A stretch of DNA of 64,000 nucleotides from the human T2T-CHM13v2.0 reference genome, Homo sapiens: assembly GCF_009914755.1 (NCBI RefSeq), contig NC_060934.1; one strand, given 5' to 3'. A model generated the notes under the pieces. The model worked only from the letters and a program-made list of their open reading frames with translations. It searched no databases and was not told the DNA's origin. Positions 19,334-45,689 of the stretch are shown here, piece after piece (the stretch's first letter is position 1; the number at the start of each line of letters is the position of its first letter). The translations under genes were made by a program, and so were the position numbers.

Positions 19334-20883
19334 AGAAAACAAATCTTATGGCTTCATACGTCAAAATTCAACAATGATGAACAGTGAGAATTACATAGAA
19401 TTAATTTAGGAACACTTATGGATTGATTTATGGTCTTGGACATTCATTATTTTCCCACAAGTTAAGCTCATGACTCAGTAATTAATTTCCTTTTTCATGC
19501 ATGGATTTGGCCCTGGTCAGTTCGTGACCCAGAATTTTTTTTTTTTTCCCAGGAAAGGGCACATATTCTGCCTATTGATCCACAGAAAATAGACTCTGCC
19601 CACAGATTGAAATATAAACTACTTGCCTGATTTCCTTCTGCTGTTGGGACAATGGGCTCAGGTTCATGTTCACAACAGCAAATGAGTGCAAAGAGGTCTG
19701 AGATATGGGCTTGTGATCCTGTGACTTTACCTCCCCAGAGAATTGCAATTGTCATCTCACCTGTAGATACAAGGACAGTACATATTTGATGAGTTAAAGT
19801 TTAAATAATGCTGTCTTAGTTTCCAATGACCAAAAAAATGACAACTTTCTACCAAGCACCTTCAAAGACATGAAAATGGGAGAGGCTCTGTTTTTCCATG
19901 ATCTCTGGAGGCAGACAGGGGCTCACATGGAGAGAACAGGACATGCCGAGTCTGAGACATGAGATACTGACAGCAAAGCACATGTGTCTTACCAGATTCC
20001 GTGCTTCCCTGAGATCTGCCTCTGCTGAAAATCTGACTTGCAGTTAACCCCCAAATTCCTGAGCCAAACTATTAGTGAATTGTAAATAGATGGGACCACA
20101 CAAAGAGTTTGAGAAGGAGGTGTCAACAGGTTACAGTGCAGAGAAGAACTTAAAGACAAATATTAAAATGAAAAATAGGGACAAAATTGTGTGATTCAAT
20201 GCAAATTAACATTAAACTGTGGCTCATATATAGTCTAGGAATATATATTTTAAGATCATTTACCTTATAGAGATAGAGATGCTAAATTAAGTAATATTCA
20301 TAAAAGAAACAGAACATTTATTAAATATTTGTTTTCCACACAAGAAAGCACCAAATTTATATTGTTCAGAAGAAAATTTTACTCAAGAACTTATTAATAT
20401 ACAATATGCTTTAACTATTTAATAGTTATAAAGTAACCAATTTTCCCAATAGTTTTTAGAAAGGATATATAAAAGTGATATAACTTTGTTTGCTGTTGTA
20501 TAGAATATTCTAGATAATTAGAGCATATTAATATGTAAGTAAAATTTTTGAATGTTAAAAACCATTGTGCCAACCCATTAAAATATTAGATCATTAGGAA
20601 GTCCATTTATTCCTGAAATGCAAGTGAGAGTCATCGCATTAGGAAATTCATTAACACAATAAATTATGTTAATTGAATTAATGAGAATGTCTTGTTTTCA
20701 TGTTCATAGACAGAAAAGAGATAATGCCAAAATTTAAAAGAAAATTATTTTAAATGATTCAATTAGTATAGAATTGGTGCAAAATATTTCTTAAAAACAT
20801 AAAAATAGACTTGTATAAATGAAAATTATGACATTACATGATTAGGCAGGTCAACATTTTTAAGACATCAAAGTACTTTAATT

Positions 20884-21286
20884 AATAAGTTGATTTTATG
20901 GTTGCATAGTATTCCATGGTGTATATGTACCTTTGCAAGGGCATGGATGGAGGTGGAGACCCTTATCCTTAGCAAAGGAATTCAGGAACAGAAAACCAAA
21001 TATGGCATGTTCTCACTTTTAAGTGGGAGCTAAATGATGAGAACATGTGGACACAGAAAGGGAAACAACACACACTGGGGCCTATTGGAGGGTGAAAGTT
21101 GAGAGGAGAGAGAGGATCAGGAAAAATAACTAATGGACACCAGGCTTAACACCTGGGTGATGAAATAATCTGTACAACAACCCCGCCCTGCTGATAGACA
21201 TTTACTTATGTAACAAACCTGCACATCCTGCACATGTACCCCTGAGATTAAAATAAAAGTTAAAAAAATAAAATAAGTTGATTTTA
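20884..21286 (+). mobile_element. 5'-inverted, truncated L1PA with 15-bp TSD
   Basis: TSD AATAAGTTGATTTTA at 20884-20898 and 21272-21286; antisense L1 piece to ~20930, then sense 3' UTR and A-tail. Confidence 0.85.
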
Positions 21287-21420
21287 ACTCCAATTAACTT
21301 ACAATTTTATTGTAAAGAAGAGCAAAAAAATTAAAGTATCCATGAAAAATCTGAAAACTAAAAGACAGTGACTTCTCCTTCAAAACATTGTAGAGACTTG
21401 GAAATTAAAATTGTGTTGTG

Positions 21421-21816
<396 letters not shown>

Positions 21817-21994
21817 TTAAATGGAAAAATTACTTTTAAAAGATTAAATTAGTAGAATTCACTCTAGAAGAAAAAGAAAATTGAATTGAAATAGCTCTCT
21901 AATAAGTTAAAACAAATATATAATCTAATAATTTTTCTATGCAAAACAAAGATGGAAAGAAAACCCCAAAGATGAGATTTGTCTTCACTTGTTG

Positions 21995-22400
21995 TTTGTC
22001 CATTATGTCCATTTTGTGCTTCTGTAACCAAATACCAGGGACTGGGTAATTTATAAAAACCAGAAGTTTATTTCCTATAGTTCTGGAAGCTGGGAAGTCC
22101 AACATCAAGGTGCCAGCAGGTTTGGTGTCTGGTAAGAGCTGGGTCTCCACTTGTAAGATGGTGCCTTAAGGGCTGCATCCTTCAGAAGGGAGAAACAATC
22201 TTCCTTACACGACAGAGGACTGGAAGAGAAAAGAGAATCCACTTCTGAAAGCCCCTTTTAAAAGGCATTACCCTCACCCATGAAGGTGGAGCACTCATGG
22301 CCTAATCACCTCTTAAAGGTCCCAGCTCCCAATACCATTACATTAGCAAAGAAATTTTGACACGAGTTTTGGAGGAGACAAACATTTAAACTATATCATT
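21995..22400 (-). mobile_element. MaLR LTR (MST/MLT1A-like)
   Basis: GACTGGGTAATTTATAAA...GTTCTGGAAGCTGGGAAGTCCAACATCAAGGTGCCAGCAG signature. Confidence 0.8.
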
Positions 22401-23357
22401 GGTGAAGTCTAGTAAATATTAAAATAAATAATCCCAATCTCACATCAGCTACTTCAAAAACAGAGAATAAGGGAACGTTTCTCAACTTATTTTATGAAGC
22501 TAGTGTTATCCAATCAAATCCTAAGACGATTTTGGAAGAAACTAAGTTTCAATTTCTTGTGTGAAAACGTACATGGAAAAATAATATAGAACAGCCAAAA
22601 CACTTTCAAAATAGACAAACAGCTGGAGGGTTTGTTATATCTGAATTCAAAAACTACTTTAAAGTTTTAATAATGAAGATGGTGGGGATAGATATTTAGA
22701 TAGAGATAAAGTGCAGTAGAACAATGTAAGCAATAGAGACAGTTTATTTCTATGAGAAATAGACTCATAATTATATGAGCTATTGACTTTCAAAAATGTA
22801 CCAAGATAATTAAACTGATGAACATTAAATTAAAAGGTGGAGATTTTTGTGGGAAGATGAAACTTAAAACTTGGTGGTGAGTCTTGTTGAGAGGGTGACA
22901 ACTGAGCAAAGACTTGAAGAAGGTGTAACAGTTAACAGTGCAGATGCCTGGGGGAAGAGCGTTCTATAAAGAGGGAGTACCCGGGAAGGCATCCCATACA
23001 AGGCATGTACCTGGTGTTCAGAGAACCACAGGGAGGACTGTGAACTTAAGTAGTGTGAGCAGGGCAAGGTATTATGCACGAAGTCAGAGATACCGGGCTC
23101 CAGATCATGTATATCTTACACACTGGGCTCAAGTGATTCTCCGGCCATGATACTGAGAAACAAGGGGAGTCAGTTCCAGTCTTTAGCTTTGATACTGACA
23201 GAACAGGGAAGTCAGCTCCAGTCTTGATTATGAACTTGAGCTTCATGAACTTGCACAAAATGGGTAATTAAATGTGTCATCATATCTTCTAATATAAAAT
23301 CAGGAAATTGTACCTTAGAACTTCTAAGATTCCCACAGACCGTGATTCTAAGATATT

Positions 23358-25271
<1,914 letters not shown>

Positions 25272-26549
25272 AATACAGAACAAACTAACAAAAGCTACTA
25301 TGAAATTAGAAAACTGACATTTCAGTGAGGATGTATTTAAAAGAGGGTAGATATTTTTAAGTGTGAAAATCTCAGAGACATAAATTTGGCAAGTGATGGC
25401 ACTGGAATTTAAACAGAAAAAAAATAAAGCCTAGTCTCTACGGAAATAAACAAAAAACAAATACATAACTGAGATGAATCTCAGAACACTGGATAATTTT
25501 GGTTCGGAAAAGTGTTTCTGTTTGGGACAAGACCTTCTTTGTCTAGTTAAAGTTACTGATGAGGCTAACAGGACACATATGCTATTTATTTATTTTTACT
25601 ATAGGCAGAATATTATGTCTTTATCTTGTATCTTCAAAGAAACTAATAGCTGTGTAATATGGGGGGAATTTACAAAACGTATTTAAAGGCATGTTTATCT
25701 GTTAAGACTTAACTGGCCTACAAAATAGTCGTTTGTTGGCAAACTATCAAGTTTTTATCAGGGAATTTAGACAAGTCTGTTGGGTCACAGAAGAGGGTCT
25801 ATAAATTGGAGGACTGAAAGTGGATTTACAGTTCCTGATCAGTCTAGTAACTCATCCTTGCTTTTAGATGCCTTGGCTTAAAGACCTCAGCTCTTGAGGA
25901 TATATTATCACACTGCCTTCAGAAAAGGGTTGAGGAGCTCCCCTTTCAAAGAACTGGCCTACACCAGTGCTTTTCTGTTCAGCTTTTCTGGTGATTACTT
26001 AAGGATTAAGGGATAAAGGATGCTATTTAGTGTCCTTGCCTCTCCTGGTCCAGTTTCAAAGAATTCTAAACCCAGAGTCCAAGAGTCAATGCTACCTCAA
26101 AAGAAAGGGAAGGTTACTTGGTGTCCAGGTACCACGTGCAGTGAAAGAGGTGTGCCTCATGGCCAGGAAACTCAGGTCAGCGTCCTGGAAGAGATGGTTC
26201 ACACTCAGGGCTGGAGTCAAAGCAGAATCCACTGGGCTGTCAATCAAATGTCCAGCAATCATTACTGGGCCCATTTAACTCTCACTAGCATGCTTTTGTT
26301 TTCATGTGCTTCTAGAAGTGTCATTGGACAGGATGATTTTGGCCCAGATCAGTGCTCCTGTTTGAGACAAGAACTTCTCTGCAGGGTTAAAGCTACTCAT
26401 AGATTCTCACTGACCTCATTGCCTTCAAATAACTAAAGATAAGTTTAATTCAACATATTTTTTATACTGAGTATCTCTTATGTGCCAAATGTTACTCATG
26501 GTATTACAGAAGATTATAAAAATAATAAGGTACATTGTAGAGAAATAAG

Positions 26550-26870
26550 TTCTAGAGCGTTTCTGTTCAAACCAGTAGCCACTTACCTATGTGTAGCTAT
26601 TGAACACTTGATATGTGGTTAGTCCAAGCTGAGATGTACCTGAACTATACAATGCACAATGGATTTCAAAGACTTAGTATGAAAAATATGTAATATTTCA
26701 TTCATAATTTTATATTGGTTATATGTTGAAATAATTATATTTTAGATAAAATTAAAATATTACTAAACTTGATATCCCTACATTTTTTACCTTTTCAAAT
26801 ATGGCTACTAGAAAATTTTAAATGACATAATCACTCACATTATATTTCTACTGGATACCTTCGCTCTAGA
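26550..26870. mobile_element. hAT-Charlie non-autonomous DNA transposon (MER3/MER33-like)
   Basis: GTAGCCAC...GCTATTGAACACTTGA...ATGGCTACTAGAAAATTTTAAAT; flanked by (T/C)TCTAGAG 8-mers. Confidence 0.7.
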
Positions 26871-27527
26871 GGGAAAAGACTGTCATAAATTTTTAGGTGG
26901 GATTACTAACTAGATTGTGCAAAATACTATAACTGAGACCTTTTTCAATGCACTAGAAGAATAGGAAGAAGTTCATAAGTCATGGACAGGAAAAGAAGGG
27001 ATTTGCTCTGTGCTCTAAAGCATGGGTAAATCTGAATATTACACAACTATAAAAACTCTGAAAACTTAATTTATCTCAGTCTTCCTTACACATAACACCT
27101 GCTGTCCTGCACTAAACTTTTCTCCTGCCAATACATCACACAATTTTCTCTTACGATTTGGAAAATTCTATTGCTGATTAAATTCTATTTTTATTATTAC
27201 AAGGGATCATATGCCTTAAGGTTTTATTTTTAAAACTTTTTTCAATAATATTGTCACCAATACCAATATGGTCATCACACTGTTTCATCATCATTAGTTT
27301 TGTTTTTTTGTTTGTTTGTCTTTTTGAGACAGAGCCTAGCTCTGTCTCCTGGGTTCAAGCAATTCTCATGCTTCAGCCTCCCTAGTAGCTAAGACTACAG
27401 GTGCACCCCACCACACCCAACTAATTTTTATATTTTTAGGAGATATGAGGTTTCACCATGTTAGCCAGGCTGGTCTCCAACTCCTGGCCTCATGTGATCG
27501 ACCTGCCTCGGCCTCCCAAAGTGCTGG

Positions 27528-29283
27528 TGAGAGGTGACAGCATGCTGGCAGCCCTCGCTCACTCTCGGCGCCTCCTCGGCCTCGGCGCCCACTCTGGCTG
27601 TGCTTGAGGAGCCCTTCAGCCCACCGCCACACTGTGGGAGCCCCGCTCTGGGCTGGCTGAGGCCGGAGCTGGCTCCCTCTGCTTGCGGGAGGTGTGGAAG
27701 GAGAGGCGTGGGCAGGAACTGGGGCTGCACGTGGCAATCGCGAGCCAGCGCGAGTTCCAGGTGGGTGTGGGCTCCGTGGGCCCCACACTCGGATTGGCTG
27801 GCCGGCACCCCTGGCCCTGGGCAGTGAGGGGCTTAGCACCTGGGCCAGCAGCTGTGGAGGGTGCACCCGGACCCCCAGCAGTGCCAGCCCGACGGCACTG
27901 TGCTCAAATTCTCGCTGGGCCTCAGCTGCCTCCCCGGGGGCAGGGCTTGGGACCTGCAGCCTGCCATGCCTAAGCCTCCCCCCGAGCTGTGGGCTCCTGT
28001 GGGGCCCGAGCCTCCCTGACGAGAGCCACCCCCTGCTCTGCAGCACCCGGTCCCATCAACCACCCAAGGGCTGAGGAGTGCAGACGCATGGTGCGGGACT
28101 GGCGGGCAGCTCCACCTGCAGCCCCTGTGCAGGATACACTAAGTGATGCTAGCTGGGTCCCTGAGTCTACTGGGGACTTGGAGAACTTTTATGTCTAGCT
28201 GGAGGATTGTATATACACCAATGAGCACCGTGTCTAGCTCAAGGTTTGTAAATGCACCAATCAGTGCTCTGTATCTAGCTAATCTGGTGGGGACTTGGAG
28301 AACCTTTATGCCTAGCTAAGGGATTGTAAATACACCAATCAGTACTCTGTGTCTAGCTCAAGGTTTGTAAACACACCAATCAACACCCTGTGTCTAGCTC
28401 AAGGTTTGTAAATGCACCAATCAGTGCTCTGTGTCTAGCTAATCTAGTGGGGACTTGCAGAACTTTCATATCTAGCTAGAGGATTGTAAATGCACCAATC
28501 AGCACTCTGTGTCTAGCTCAAGATTTGTAAATGCCAATCAGCACCCTGTGTCTAGCTCCAGATTTGTAAATGCCAATCAGCACTCTGTATCTAGCTAATC
28601 TGGTGGGGACTTGGAGAACTTTTATGTCTAGCTAAAGGATTGTAAATGCACCAATCAGTACTCTGTGTCTAGCTCAAGGTTTGTAAACGCACCAATCAGC
28701 ACCCTGTGTCTAGTTCAAGGTTTGTAAATGCACCAATCAATCCTCTGTGTCTAGCTAATCTAGTGGAGACTTGAAGAACTTTTAGGTCTAGCTAGAGGAT
28801 TGTAAATACACCAATCAGCACTAATCAGCACTCTGTGTCTAGCTCAGGGATTGTAAACGCACCAATCAGTGCCGTGTCAAAACAGACCAGTCAGCTCTCT
28901 GTAAAATGGACCAATCAGCTCTCTGTAAAATGGACCAATCAGCAGGATGTGGGTGTGGCGTGGTAAGGGAATAAAAGCAGGCTGCTGGATCCCGTAGTGG
29001 CAACTCTCTAGGTTCCCCTTCCATGCTGCAGAGGCTTTTTTCTTTTGCTATTTTCAATAAATCTTGCTGCTGCTCACTCCTTGGGTCCACACTGCTTTAA
29101 TGAGCTGTAACACTGACTGTGAAGTTCTGCAGCTTCACTCCTGAGGCCAGCGAGACCACGAACCCACCGGGAGAAATGAACAACTACAGATGCGCCACCT
29201 TAAGAGCTGTAACACTCACCATGAGGGTCTGCAGCTTCATTCCTGAAGTCGGTGAGACCATGAACCCACCAATTTTGGGCACG
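27528..29283 (+). mobile_element. Solo ERV9 LTR12 (C/D/E-type), 1,756 bp, inserted into an antisense Alu
   Basis: Starts TGAGAGGTGACAGC; GC-rich U3; tandem GCACCAATCAGCACTCTGTGTCTAGCT (CCAAT/NF-Y) repeats at ~28160-28940; 4-bp TSD CTGG at 27524-27527 and 29284-29287 splits Alu GTGCTGG|GATTACAGG. Confidence 0.92.
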
Positions 29284-29875
29284 CTGGGATTACAGGCATG
29301 AGCCATCGCCCCCAGCCATCATTGTAATTTAATACGTATCAACTTGTCTTGGATACTCAGTACCAATTGAATACAAGTATTCTCTTGTTAAAGAGAAACT
29401 CATTTAGTTAACAATCTAGAAATAGAATTTCTGATGCTATTTATAATAGATATCTGAGCTCCTTTCCTCTGTAAGGATCACTGGGATCTAAAATTAACCA
29501 GTCTGCAGCAGGGACCACTCACTCTTAAACCCTACTCTAGGGCACCAATTTATTAATTCTAACCACGTCACCATTTGCAACCGGTCACATTAGCTTGATT
29601 GGTAACCACCTTAAAAATACACCATAAACCTTGGAATCCAAAATTGCTATTCCTCATTTTCATTTTCTAAAACATATTTTGATCCTCATAAATTAAACAA
29701 TTTGCTGAAAATTGCTGCTTTTCACTGTGAAGGAGCTACACAGAGTCAAGATCTTCCCTTTTTTGAATCTTCTCCCCATACCCCTGACACCCTCACCAGG
29801 CCCTGAAACCAATCAAAGCCATACCTGGCAAGTTTATACAAGTAAATTAAAAAAACAAAACAAAACCACTAAAAT

Positions 29876-30189
<314 letters not shown>

Positions 30190-32566
30190 CTAAAATTTTG
30201 TGATCTATCAAATGATCTCTAATTTCATTGAAATAGGAAGGGTCTATCCTCTACACCACATATTTAATACAGGTATACTGATGTGTGCTCTTGTCCAAGA
30301 CATGGTTCCTCATGTATACAACTTTGAAGGCTTTCATGGTAGTCCACTTTTGTGGTCAGGACTTCTTTCAGTATGGACCTTCTGATTAGTCTCTAGTTGG
30401 AGGTGCTAATCCATTATTCCTTTTGCTTCAGTCTCATTAGAAGAGGGCACCAGACTGCTTTTCAATGTAGAAGCAAGAGGCGGCATAGGAAGGAAAGGGG
30501 GAGGCAACACTTTCTGAGAGCCTTGCTTCATGTCAGAAGCTGCCACTACACAAAGCTCTATTTTATCAATTTGGAAATGAAATCTCAGAAAGATCAAGTA
30601 TGTGTCAGAGAGCAAGTAAGTGGAAATGGGCTTCAAGCATGGTTCCATGTAGCTCTTAACCACCCTCTTTTCTTTTATCGTCTGTTAATATATGAAAGCA
30701 CATATTTGTGTGTTTTTTGAAAGTGTTTTCAGAATCAGTGATAGGAGGAAATTTGTTGAAATGGTAAATACAGAACCTAGGCATCCCTGGGACTTTGCAT
30801 GCTCAGGCCTGGTGCTGAGATCAGGAGGTGATTTTCCTCATTTCACAGCAGCCCTTAGAAGTGCAGGTGATGACATCCTGGACGCCGCCCATCTCCAGGC
30901 TCTGCTTTGAATTTGTTTCCATCTGAGGCTAATATTAGGTCAAATTTCCAATCTTCAGACTTCCAATGTTTAGCAATAAAAACCAAGTTTTACAATATCT
31001 GTTTTGTTCAAACTCTTCTCTGAGGTGATTCAATACCTAGCATATCTGGAAAACTAAAATTACTTGAACTAACTGATAAAATGAAACAAAAATCTCATAA
31101 TTTTTAGGCACCACCTGTTAATTTATTGGTTTGGATGTCTTAGTGTTGTTCTAATAAACGATTTGTTAGGTCTTGGTATGTGGTTAAGTTGGAATACAAG
31201 TAAGATACCTCCACACCAAAGGTCTAAAACGTTCAGCAGATGGGTTCTTGGCTATTTTCCAAAACAGCACAGTAATGTGAACACATCAATAAATGTAATT
31301 TTTGAAAACCTTTTGAGCATACATGGCCTCCATGTAAATGGCACTTTTGGCACCGTCTAAAGTCATCATGTTGTGATAGTGTGGTACCAGCTGTGCACAT
31401 ACATTTATATCAGGGGATTACTAATGTCTGATTAGAATTCTTGCTTATTAATAAAATTTAGGGTAGAATAGAATGCGAATTATAGAAAGGGAAGCAAAAA
31501 TATACACACTTTGGAGAAAATACCTTCACCGTTTCTAAATTAAATTTAATTTTCTTGTTTCACAGATGAGAAAATCAAAGCCCGTATCATCTGCTTCACG
31601 TCCCGCATTTACTTAACGCTGTAAGCATAGAACGCTGTTCCCAGTGACTACCCCTCCATCCCCGGTTCTGTGATTTCAGAGACAGTCGTGGTATCCTTGA
31701 GGGCAGGCATTGGTTTTTTTTTTAAATTTATTACAATATTTAGCTTATTCCTAGTAGAGAGCAGTCAATGGATACATTTTCCAAATTGAATTGACTTCAT
31801 GTAAGTGAATTTTTTAATAAACAGCAAATTTACACGGTGAATATTACCTTTTCAGAATCTGTTTATTATATTAATATTGATTTCTCAACATTATACCTCT
31901 ATTAAAAACTCTTTGTTAATGAAGGGTTTTGACACTAAAAAATAAACTAATATATAGCATAACACTGAAGTTTAAGAAAATTATTGTATGAAACATTCAG
32001 TAAAAGCAAGCACTTACTACCCTGTCAGTCCAAAATGTAATATTGTGCAATAGCCTTTAAATTGTATTGTTATAAAAATGTTGCTTAACTGGGCCCTTAG
32101 GAATTAATAACGGTTCTAAAAATAAACTAAATGGATTATTTTCCTTGGCCTCCATTTTATGTCCTAAATGGTATTTCTGTGTTCAGTCATCTTTTTTATT
32201 GCGAAAATTTGTCTAACATCTAGGAATTGCTTTGGGAAAAGACATTCTACCCATAAAGTTGAATTTCTTTCTTTTTTTTTCTCAGAAGAGAGGAAATTAG
32301 GTTACCCACACCACCACCATTCTCATTCCAGACTGAACTTTCTTTTTCTTGAAGTGCTCTTTGAGCCTATGTGGTTCCAACATGAGTCTCCATGTGGGGT
32401 ATGTTAAGGGATGCTGTCAGAACAATGACTTCTATAGAAGCCCAACGAACTGGCAGAAACATGTACCCCGAAAGATGATCGACTCAGATACTGCTGCAGT
32501 GCAAAAGGACAGGCAAGGAGAAAGTGTGAGTTATAGACATGGTTCAGGCCAGCCAACTCAGGGTAA

Positions 32567-33151
<585 letters not shown>

Positions 33152-34359
33152 TAAATATGTTTTAAAGGTAAAAATGTTGTTTGCTATTTCAAAGAATAAA
33201 TTATTTTTAGAAATTTTAAAGACTGTATTTTCATGTTAGTAATTTACAGTTAAATCTCACCTCATTATCCTCATCTGTAAAATGGGATAGTAATAAATTT
33301 TGGTTGTAAGAATATGAGGACTAAGTGGTTAATGCCATTAGCACTTAGAACAGCGACTTGCAATGTAACTTCTTACTCCAGCTCCTCACACCCTGCCAGT
33401 CACTGGAACTTTAATTTCCCTGGCCTATCAGGGGCTCTCAAGGGACTCAGGAATCCCCCCCAAAAAACTACCTGAGGCTTCAAAGGAAAAAGGCTGATTT
33501 GAAACAAACTGGATGTTCTATCCACTGAGGTGAGCTCTGGAGACATCCCAACAGCTTCTTGATGTCCCCTCAGTCTCTTGTCTCCATAAGATCACACATC
33601 AGGACAAAAGAAAATCTTCAAAGTCTCCTTCAAATATGCTGGTAAAACGCACTAACCTTACATTCAGTAGGTAACCTTAACTATGCTATAATCTTTTAAA
33701 TGAAAACCATAAGATCTTTATTTGCATCTGTCTTTCCGTTCAAGAATACACACATATATATACACATAATACACATATATTATATATATAATAATTCCAT
33801 GTGATACAGTACTACTTCCCATATGTTATCATGTTATGTGACAATGCCTGAATAGAATTACCAATCAATTTATAGTAATAAAATTACTTTTTAAATTTCT
33901 GTCCTAATTGGCTTAGAAAGAAAGAAGCACACACATAAAATAAATCTTCCTAAATTTCCATTCAACTGTCTTTCACGTTCACATGCGTTGGATAAATCTT
34001 TGATACAATGCCTGCCTAAGAAAACTCAGGGCTGCAAAAATAACCCATTGTTTGTTCTAGCCAACACCTGAAGATAGGGCCCCTGTCTTCCAGTCTCTGT
34101 GGGAGAGTAGGAGCCTAGTTAACTTCAATAAGTGCTGGTTAACCCAGATGGCTGTCACATTTCACTTTCACTGACAATTTTCACTTCCCTAATTCCACTG
34201 AGCCCCACTCATTCCCCTCATAATTCCTTCATTCTCCCTTTAAAACACCCACTCACCTCTGTATAAATTGTAGTTGGGGTCAGTTCATCCTGGACTCTTG
34301 CTCAACCTTCAGGAGTCAGAGAAAAAACATCTAAAGGGGGTGGGAGAAAAATCAGACAA

Positions 34360-34760
34360 AATGTGTCAATAAAGTCAGTAGCAGAAGAAAGTGCTCGAGG
34401 AAGGAGAAGTGTTCATTCTATTAAATGAGAAGGAGGTCACTGGTGACCCTGGGGTAGGGTGATGAAGGTGAAAGCCAGATTGGAAGAGGGCAATGAGGCG
34501 GGAGGCTGTTAGGAATACATTGTCCAGGGCCTTACTTGTTTCACTAGGAAAACTGGAATTAGTCCAATCAGCATTGGGAGCTAACAGATTTCCACCTACC
34601 AGGGGGATATAATTGTTTTTGTAATACAGAGACTTAACTTGGCAGCAGTGTGTGAGGTAGATGGGCCGTGTTCGGAACAAGACTGGCAGTAGGAATGCAA
34701 TTTAGAGGTCTATGGCCATAATCCAGTTAATAGAGGGCCATCACTGAATAGCATTTAAGC
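34360..34760 (+). mobile_element. L2 fragment (a similar fragment lies at ~22860-23130)
   Basis: GAGGTCACTGGTGACC...GGTGAAAGCCAGATTG and related L2 3' motifs. Confidence 0.55.
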
Positions 34761-35562
34761 AAGATATATAAAGGAAACTGATCCAGCCTCTTTCTCTCAT
34801 GCTTTACCCCCCACATGTACATTAAATCATCATCTTTCTTCATTTCCACTTTATATAAGGTACCACATTTTAAGAAACATCCCTTTAGAGGAGAAGTTTC
34901 CCTCCACCCTCAATGGCTTCTAAAATAAAATATAATGTTCCCAGTAAAATAATTGTGGAAAGAAGTCTAGCTATTTTAAAAAGAACTACTAGGAAATAAA
35001 AACATTCAACTTTTCAAAACTCAAGGCAGGCAAACAACTGACAGGTTCACAATCTACTCAGTATTGAAGTTCATTTCCTATTAATAAGACATTTACTGAA
35101 GAAACACAATTATGATGCATTTTAATATATTCTAAAATTAATTTTATCACGCAATTAATTAGGACAATAAAATGCTTTCTTTTAATTGACATAGGAAGCA
35201 AATGAGGGCCCTTAGGATGCTTCACGTATTACTCATTTGAAAAAGGAGTGGAGCAACTGAAACCATAGACCAGACTTTGAAATGATTAATGGTAATAAGT
35301 AATAAAAATATCCATTCCAGTATGTTTTTTGTTTTTTGTTTTTAGCTTTCCCCTAGACACTTTTCTAAAACAAGAGGACACGTCAAAAACACTTTTGAAA
35401 ATTGATAGTGCTTTAGAATTAGTGAACAACATTCCAGAAATATAAATTTGACTTAGTTAAAGGGCATAAAAATAAAACTTTCAAGACAAGCCTAAATGAT
35501 CTATAATGTTGTTAAAACAAAAGCAGATAGACACTCTTACTCCAGCAGGAGCTGGAGTAAGA

Positions 35563-44912
<9,350 letters not shown>

Positions 44913-45689
44913 TAACTACATTTATGTTCTATTTGAATTTCACTTTGTGTTATCACTTTTTTTCTGTTGCAGTTTTAGCCCTGTTGATTAATTTCCACTT
45001 TTGATTATTCCTTTTTGTAAAATATCACACGGGCTTCTCACTGGGAGACAAGCAGGCAGGACAAGGTTATGCTTTGCTCTCTGTATAAACTCAGTAACAA
45101 ATATGCAGTGATTGGCAACAACATACTTTGAAAGAAGTGATGGGTCACAGATCATGATTCATCTGTTATTTAGGCTGTGGTTTGTGGACTGAAGAACTAA
45201 CAAGAAGTGTACTTTATGTAATTACAGGTAAAATACCATGATAACTGAAATTAGAACCATGTTGGGGAACTCATGTCGTTTAATTCAATCGTGGTTATTG
45301 GAACTAGGTAGAGTGGTGATGGCCTATAACTCTTACCTTCCTGATGTTTTCTTTTTTATCTGCAATAAACATTTACATCTTTCCTTATATAGACTTTGAA
45401 ATTGTCTATCAATTCTAGACATGTAGTTCTTGTTGCTATTGTGAATCACTTTTTATACTACATTTTATAATTGAGCATCACTGGTATATAGTATATAGGA
45501 CAGTTTTTGGTTTCTATAATTAATAGGTTGACTTTGTTTTTAAATTTTAAGTAGATACATCATCTGAGAATTTAAAAGTCTTTTTCATTCAAATCGTTTT
45601 TCATCCTATTGTTTTTTTTGTTGTATGCATTGGCTAGAGACTTCAGGATAATGTCGAATAATATTAATGATAATATTGACTTTAATGGT

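Noticed and set aside
19500-20150. Possible minus-strand exon remnants with donor/acceptor-like sites
   Set aside because: No consistent reading frame or recognisable homology could be supported by eye
27453-28198. Overlapping 70-197 aa ORFs in GC-rich sequence
   Set aside because: They lie within LTR12 U3; stop-poor because of high GC content
28160-28940. CRISPR-like regularly spaced repeats
   Set aside because: These are the tandem CCAAT enhancer repeats of LTR12 in human DNA; no unique spacers or cas genes
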